Source: Paragordius varius (lineage: Eukaryota > Animalia > Nematomorpha). From it: DNA of 64,000 nucleotides. A program made the position numbers and the translations under genes. The stretch is from positions 13,144,001-13,208,000 of the forward strand of contig OZ176052.1 of NCBI GenBank assembly GCA_964247055.1, read 5' to 3'. The notes beneath the pieces are model-generated. The model saw only the letters and a list, made by a program, of their open reading frames with translations, had not been told where the DNA came from and did not search any database. The number at the start of each line of letters is the position of its first letter. Within the stretch, counting starts at the first letter, position 1. This document shows, in pieces, positions 57,201-64,000 of this stretch.

Positions 57201-60200
57201 AAAATCGGATATTGGTCACCGGTGAACAAAATTATTTTTTATACATTCTCTTAGTAAGACTACATCAAAATATAGAGATAGTGTGACAAACTTTTTCATA
57301 TCCGATTTTTACAACGATACTTTAAAAATTAATGTATAAAACTAGTCGCATCAATACTCAAGTTAAACTTTGTCCTTAAAAATCGAATATTGGTCACCGG
57401 TGAACAAAATTATTTTTTATACATTCTCTTAGTAAGACTACATCAAAATATAGAGATAGTTTGACAAACTCTTTGATAACCGATTTTTACAATGATACTT
57501 TAAAAATTATGGTATTAAACCAGTCGCATCAATACTCAAGTTAAACTTTGTCCTTAAAAATCGGATATTGGTCACCGGTGAACAAAATTATTTTTTATAC
57601 ATTCTCTTAGTAAGACTACATCAAAATATAGAGATAGTTTGACAAACTCTTTCATATCCGATTTTTACAACGATACTTTAAAAATTAATGTATAAAACTA
57701 GTCGCATCAATACTCAAGTTAAACTTTGTCCTTAAAAATCGAATATTGGTCACCGGTGAACAAAATTATTTTTTATACATTCTCTTAGTAGGACTACATC
57801 AAAATATAGAGATAGTTTGGCAAACTCTTTCATATCCGATTTTTACAACGATACTTTAAAAATTAATGTATAAAACTAGTCGTATCAATAAATCGCATCA
57901 ATACTCAAGTTAAACTTTATCCTTAAAAATTGGATATTGGTCACCGGTGAAGAAAATAATTTTTTATACATTCTCTTAGTAAGACTACATCAAAATATAG
58001 AGATACTTTGACAAACTCTTTCATATTCGATTTTTACAACGATACTTTAAAAATTAATGTATAAAACTAGTCGCATCAATACTCAAGTTAAACTTTGTCC
58101 TTAAAAATCGAATATTGGTCACCGGTGAACAAAATTATTTTTTATACATTCTCTTAGTAAGACTACATCAAAATATAGAGATACTTTGACAAACCCTTTC
58201 ATATCCGATTTTTACAACCATACTTTATAAATTAATGTATAAAACTAGTCGTATCAATAAGTCGCATCAATACTCAAGTTAAACTTTGTCCTTAAAAATC
58301 GAATATTGGTCACCGGTGAACAAAATTATTTTTTATACATTCTCTTAGTAAGACTACATCAAAATATAGAGATAGTTTGGCAAACTCTTTCATATCCGAT
58401 TTTTACAACGATACTTTAAAAATTATGGTATTAAACTAGTCGCATCAATACTCAAATTAAACTTTGTCCCTAAAAATCGGATATTGGTCACCGGTGAACA
58501 AAATTATTTTTTATACATTCTCTTAGCAAGACTACATCAAAATATAGAGATAGTTTGACAAACTCTTTCATATCCGATTTTTACAACGATACTTTAAAAA
58601 TTAATGTATAAAACTAGTCGCATCAATACTCAAATTAAACTTTGTCCTTAAAAATCGGATATTGGTCACCGGTGAACAAAATTATTTTTTATATATTCTC
58701 TTAGCAAGACTGCATCAAAATATAGAGATAGTTTGACAAACTCTTTCATATCCGATTTTTACAACGATACTCTATAAATTAATGTATAAAACTAGTCTTA
58801 TCAATAAGTCGCATCTATACTCAAGTTAAACTTTGTCCTTAAAAATCGAATATTGGTCACCGGTGAACAAAATTATTTTTTATACATTCTCTTAGTAAGA
58901 CTACATCAAAATATAGAAATAGTTTGATAAACTCTTTCATATCCGATTTTTACAACGATACTTTAAAAATTAATGTATAAAACTAGTCGCATCAATACTC
59001 AAGTTAAACTTTGTCCTTAAAAATCGAATATTGGTCACCGGTGAACAAAATTATATTTTATACATTCTCTTAGTAAGACTACATCAAAATATAGAGATAG
59101 TTTGACAAACTCTTTCATATCCGATTTTTACAACGATACTTTAAAAATTATGGTATTAAACTAGTCGCATCAATACTCAAATTAAACTTTGTCCCTAAAA
59201 ATCGGATATTGGTCACCGGTGAACAAAATTATTTTTTATACATTCTCTTAGCAAGACTACATCAAAATATAGAGATAGTTTGACAAACTCTTTCATATCC
59301 GATTTTTACAACGATACTTTAAAAATTAATGTATAAAACTAGTCGCATCAATACTCAAATTAAACTTTGTCCTTAAAAATCGGATATTGGTCACCGGTGA
59401 ACAAAATTATTTTTTATATATTCTCTTAGCAAGACTGCATCAAAATATAGAGATAGTTTGACAAACTCTTTTATATCCGATTTTTACAACGATACTCTAT
59501 AAATTAATGTATAAAACTAGTCGTATCAATAAGTCGCATCTATACTCAAGTTAAACTTTGTCCTTAAAAATCGAATATTGGTCACCGGTGAACAAAATTA
59601 TTTTTTATACATTCTCTTAGTAAGACTACATCAAAATATAGAGATAGTTTGGCAAACTCTTTCATATCCGATTTTTACAACGATACTTTAAAAATTATGG
59701 TATTAAACTAGTCGCATCAATACTCAAATTAAACTTTGTCCCTAAAAATCGGATATTGGTCACCGGTGAACAAAATTATTTTTTATACATTCTCTTAGCA
59801 AGACTACATCAAAATATAGAGATAGTTTGACCTTTCATATCCGATTTTTACAACGATACTTTAAAAATTAATGTATAAAACTAGTCGCATCAATACTCAA
59901 GTTAAACTTTGTCCTTAAAAATCGAATATTGGTCACCGGTGAACAAAATTATTTTTCATAAATTCTCTTAGTAGGACTACATCAAAATAAAGAGATAGTT
60001 TGAAAAACTCTTTCATATCCGATTTTTACAACGATACTTTAAAAATTAATGTGTTAAACTAGTTGCATCAATACTCAAGTTAAACTTTGTCCTTAAAAAT
60101 CATATATTGGTCACCGGTGAACAAAATTATTTTTTATACATTCTCTTAATAAGACTACATCAAAATATAGAGATAGTTTGACAAACTCTTTCATATCCAA

Positions 60201-62450
60201 TTTTTACAACGATACTTTAAAAATTAATGTATAAAACTAGTCGCATCAATACTCAAGTTAAACTTTGTCCTTAAAAATCGAATATTGGTCACCGGTGAAC
60301 AAAATTATTTTTTATACATTGTCTTAGCAAGACTACATCAAAATATAGAGATAGTTTGACAAACTCTTTCATATCCGATTTTTACAACGATACTTTAAAA
60401 ATTATGGTATTAAACTAGTCGCATCATTACTCAAATTAAACTTTGTCCTTAAAAATCGGATATTGGTCACCGGTGAACAAAATTATTTTTTATATATTCT
60501 CTTAGCAAGACTACATCAAAATATAGAGATAGTTTGACAAACTCTTTCATATCCGATTTTTACAACGATACTTTAAAAATTAATGTGTTAAACTAGTCGC
60601 ATCAATACTCAAGTTAAACTTTGTCCTTAAAAATCGAATATTGGTCACCGGTGAACAAAATTATTTTTTATACATTCTCTTAGTAAGACTACATCAAAAA
60701 ATAGAAATAATTTGACAAACTCTTTCATATCCGATTTTTACAACGATACTTTAAAAATTAATGTATTAAACTAGTCGCATCAATACTCAAGTTAAACGTT
60801 GTCCTTAAAAATCGGATATTGGTCACCGGTGAACAAAATTATTTTTTATACATTCTCTTAGCAAGACTACATCAAAATATAGAGATAGTTTGACAAACTC
60901 TTTCATATCCGATTTTTACAACCATACTTTATAACTTAATGTATAAAACTAGTCGTATCAATAAGTCGCATCAATACTCAAGTTAAACTTTGTCCTTAAA
61001 AATCGGATATTGGTAACCGGTGAACAAAATAATTTTTTATACATTCACTTAGTAAGACTACATCAAAATATAGAGATAGTTTGACAAACTCTTTCATATC
61101 CGATTTTTACAACGATACTTTAAAAATTAATGTATTAAACTAGTCGCATCAATACTCAAGTTAAACTTTGTCCTTAAAAATCGGATAATGGTCACCGGTG
61201 AACAAAATAATTTTTTATACATTCTCTTAGTAAGACTACATCAAAATATAGAGATAGTTTGACAAACTCTTTCATAACCGATTTTTACAATGATACTTTA
61301 AAAATTATGGTATTAAACCAGTCGCATCAATACTCAAGTTAAACTTTGTCCTTAAAAATCGGATATTGGTCACCGGTGAACAAAATTATTTTTTATACAT
61401 TCTCTTAGTAAGACTACATCAAAATATAGAGATAGTGTGACAAACTTTTTCATATCCGATTTTTACAACGATACTTTAAAAATTAATGTATAAAACTAGT
61501 CGCATCAATACTCAAGTTAAACTTTGTCCTTAAAAATCGAATATTGGTCACCGGTGAACAAAATTATTTTTTATACATTCTCTTAGTAAGACTACATCAA
61601 AATATAGAGATAGTTTGACAAACTCTTTCATAACCGATTTTTACAATGATACTTTAAAAATTATGGTATTAAACCAGTCGCATCAATACTCAAGTTAAAC
61701 TTTGTCCTTAAAAATCGGATATTGGTCACCGGTGAACAAAATTATTTTTTATACATTCTCTTAGTAAGACTACATCAAAATATAGAGATAGTTTGACAAA
61801 CTCTTTCATATCCGATTTTTACAACGATACTTTAAAAATTAATGTATAAAACTAGTCGCATCAATACTCAAGTTAAACTTTGTCCTTAAAAATCGAATAT
61901 TGGTCACCGGTGAACAAAATTATTTTTTATACATTCTCTTAGTAGGACTACATCAAAATATAGAGATAGTTTGGCAAACTCTTTCATATCCGATTTTTAC
62001 AACGATACTTTAAAAATTAATGTATAAAACTAGTCGTATCAATAAATCGCATCAATACTCAAGTTAAACTTTATCCTTAAAAATTGGATATTGGTCACCG
62101 GTGAAGAAAATAATTTTTTATACATTCTCTTAGTAAGACTACATCAAAATATAGAGATACTTTGACAAACTCTTTCATATTCGATTTTTACAACGATACT
62201 TTAAAAATTAATGTATAAAACTAGTCGCATCAATACTCAAGTTAAACTTTGTCCTTAAAAATCGAATATTGGTCACCGGTGAACAAAATTATTTTTTATA
62301 CATTCTCTTAGTAAGACTACATCAAAATATAGAGATACTTTGACAAACCCTTTCATATCCGATTTTTACAACCATACTTTATAAATTAATGTATAAAACT
62401 AGTCGTATCAATAAGTCGCATCAATACTCAAGTTAAACTTTGTCCTTAAA
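54226..62450 (+). repeat. 23-monomer tandem duplication, period 4159 bp (copies start at 54226 and 58385)
   Basis: gtcttatc is at 54636/58795. The C of aaacgttgtcc is at 56643/60797 (offset 4154, after a 5-bp deletion near 59831). 4159 = 23x178 + 5x13, and I counted 5 duplications. Confidence 0.93.
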
Positions 62451-64000
62451 AATCGGATATTGGTAACCGGTGAACAAAATAATGTTTTATACATTCACTT
62501 AGTAAGACTACATCAAAATATAGAGATAGTTTGACAAACTCTTTCATATCCGATTTTTACAACGATACTTTAAAAATTAATGTATTAAACTAGTCGCATC
62601 AATACTCAAGTTAAACTTTGTCCTTAAAAATCGGATATTGGTCACCGGTGAACAAAATTATTTTTTATACATTCTCTTAGTAAGACTACATCAAAATATA
62701 GAGATAGTTTGACAAACTCTTTCATATCCGATTTTTACAACGATACTTTAAAAATTAATGTATAAAACTAGTCGCATCAATACTCAAATTAAACTTTGTC
62801 CTTAAAAATCGGATATTGGTCACCGGTGAACAAAATTATTTTTTATATATTCTCTTAGCAAGACTGCATCAAAATATAGAGATAGTTTGACAAACTCTTT
62901 CATATCCGATTTTTACAACGATACTTTATAAATTAATGTATAAAACTAGTCGTATCAATAAGTCGCATCAATACTCAAGTTAAACTTTGTCCTTAAATAT
63001 CGAATATTGGTCACCGGTGAACAAAATTATTTTTTATACATTCTCTTCGTAAGACTACATCAAAATATAGAAATAGTTTGACAAACTCTTTCATATCCGA
63101 TTTTTACAACGATACTTTAAAAATTAATGTATAAAACTAGTCGCATCAATACTCAAGTTAAACTTTGTCCTAAAAAATCGAATATTGGTCACCGGTGAAC
63201 AAAATTATATTTTATACATTCTCTTATTAAGACTACATCAAAATATAGAGATAGTTTGACAAACTCTTTCATATCCGATTTTTACAACGATACTTTAAAA
63301 ATTAATGTATAAAACTAGTCGCATCAATACTCAAGTTAAACTTTGTCCTTAAAAATCGAATATTGGTCACCGGTGAACAAAATTATTTTTTATACATTCT
63401 CTTAGTAAGACTACATCAAAATATAGAGATACTTTGACAAACTCTTTCATATCCGATTTTTACAACGATACTTTAAAAATTATGGTATTAAACTAGTCGC
63501 ATCAATACTCAAATTAAACTTTGTCCCTAAAAATCGGATATTGGTCACCGGTGAACAAAATTATTTTTTATACATTCTCTTAGCAAGACTACATCAAAAT
63601 ATAGAGATAGTTTGACAAACTCTTTCATATCCGATTTTTACAACGATACTTTAAAAATTAATGTATAAAACTAGTCGCATCAATACTCAAGTTAAACTTT
63701 ATCCTTAAAAATTGGATATTGGTCACCGGTGAGGAAAATAATATTTTATACATTCTCTTAGTAAGACTACATCAAAATATAGAGATAGTTTGACAAACTC
63801 TTTCATATCCGATTTTTACAACGATACTTTAAAAATTAATGTATTAAACTAGTCGCATCAATACTCAAGTTAAACTTTGTCCTTAAAAATCGGATATTGG
63901 TCACCGGTGAACAAAATTATTTTTTATACATTCTCTTAGCAAGACTACATCAAAATATAGAGATAGTTTGACAAACTCTTTCATATCCGATTTTTACAAC

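Larger units (their letters stand above)
1..64000 (+). repeat. Tandem satellite DNA array, 178-bp monomer (191-bp variant class), ~355 copies head-to-tail; heterochromatic or centromeric-type satellite, family and host not identified
   Basis: The motif ctctttcatatcc recurs at 1, 178, 356 and onward to the window end. The consensus counts to 178 bp with 49 G+C (27.5% GC). Monomers differ only by scattered SNPs and small indels, and I saw no non-satellite sequence or reversed monomers. Confidence 0.99.

Noticed and set aside
1-64000. Protein-coding genes or a repeat-encoded protein
   Set aside because: The consensus has plus-strand stops at monomer positions 33, 40 and 53 (three frames) and minus-strand stops at tta 19, 32 and 39 (three frames). 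The 178-bp period is not a multiple of 3.
1-64000. CRISPR array or other repeat-spacer system
   Set aside because: There are no unique spacers: the whole unit repeats and variation is only SNPs and indels. No cas-like ORFs are present.
1-64000. Transposon insertion, inversion or array edge
   Set aside because: I saw no non-satellite or reverse-orientation segment, and the satellite continues to both window ends.

Overview
The whole 64 kb window is one uninterrupted head-to-tail array of an AT-rich (~72.5% AT) 178-bp tandem satellite. It holds roughly 355 monomers in one orientation and is open at both ends. Consensus read from position 1: ctctttcatatccgatttttacaacgatactttaaaaattaatgtattaaactagtcgcatcaatactcaagttaaactttgtccttaaaaatcggatattggtcaccggtgaacaaaattattttttatacattctcttagtaagactacatcaaaatatagagatagtttgacaaa. 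Every consensus monomer has stop codons in all six frames, so there are no genes, and I saw no RNA genes, CRISPR spacers, transposon insertions or inversions. I cannot name the satellite family or host; it does not match Arabidopsis CEN178 or primate alpha satellite as I remember them. I found no new gene-encoded system. The interesting signal lies in the satellite's structure and evolution. (1) The monomer is packed with dyad symmetries, including a perfect 14-bp inverted repeat whose axis sits on ACTAGT. (2) Indel and rearrangement breakpoints cluster next to that axis. (3) One monomer lineage carries a compensatory C-G to T-A change that restores the inverted repeat, and several recurrent SNPs fall on unpaired palindrome centres. 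(4) A 191-bp monomer class made by a 13-bp duplication spreads, collapses and recombines along the array. (5) Local, nested higher-order repeats of 2 to about 38 monomers turn over along the window. All periods were measured by eye from diagnostic variants and agree with 178n + 13k minus the visible indels. 'Monomer position' means position in the consensus above.
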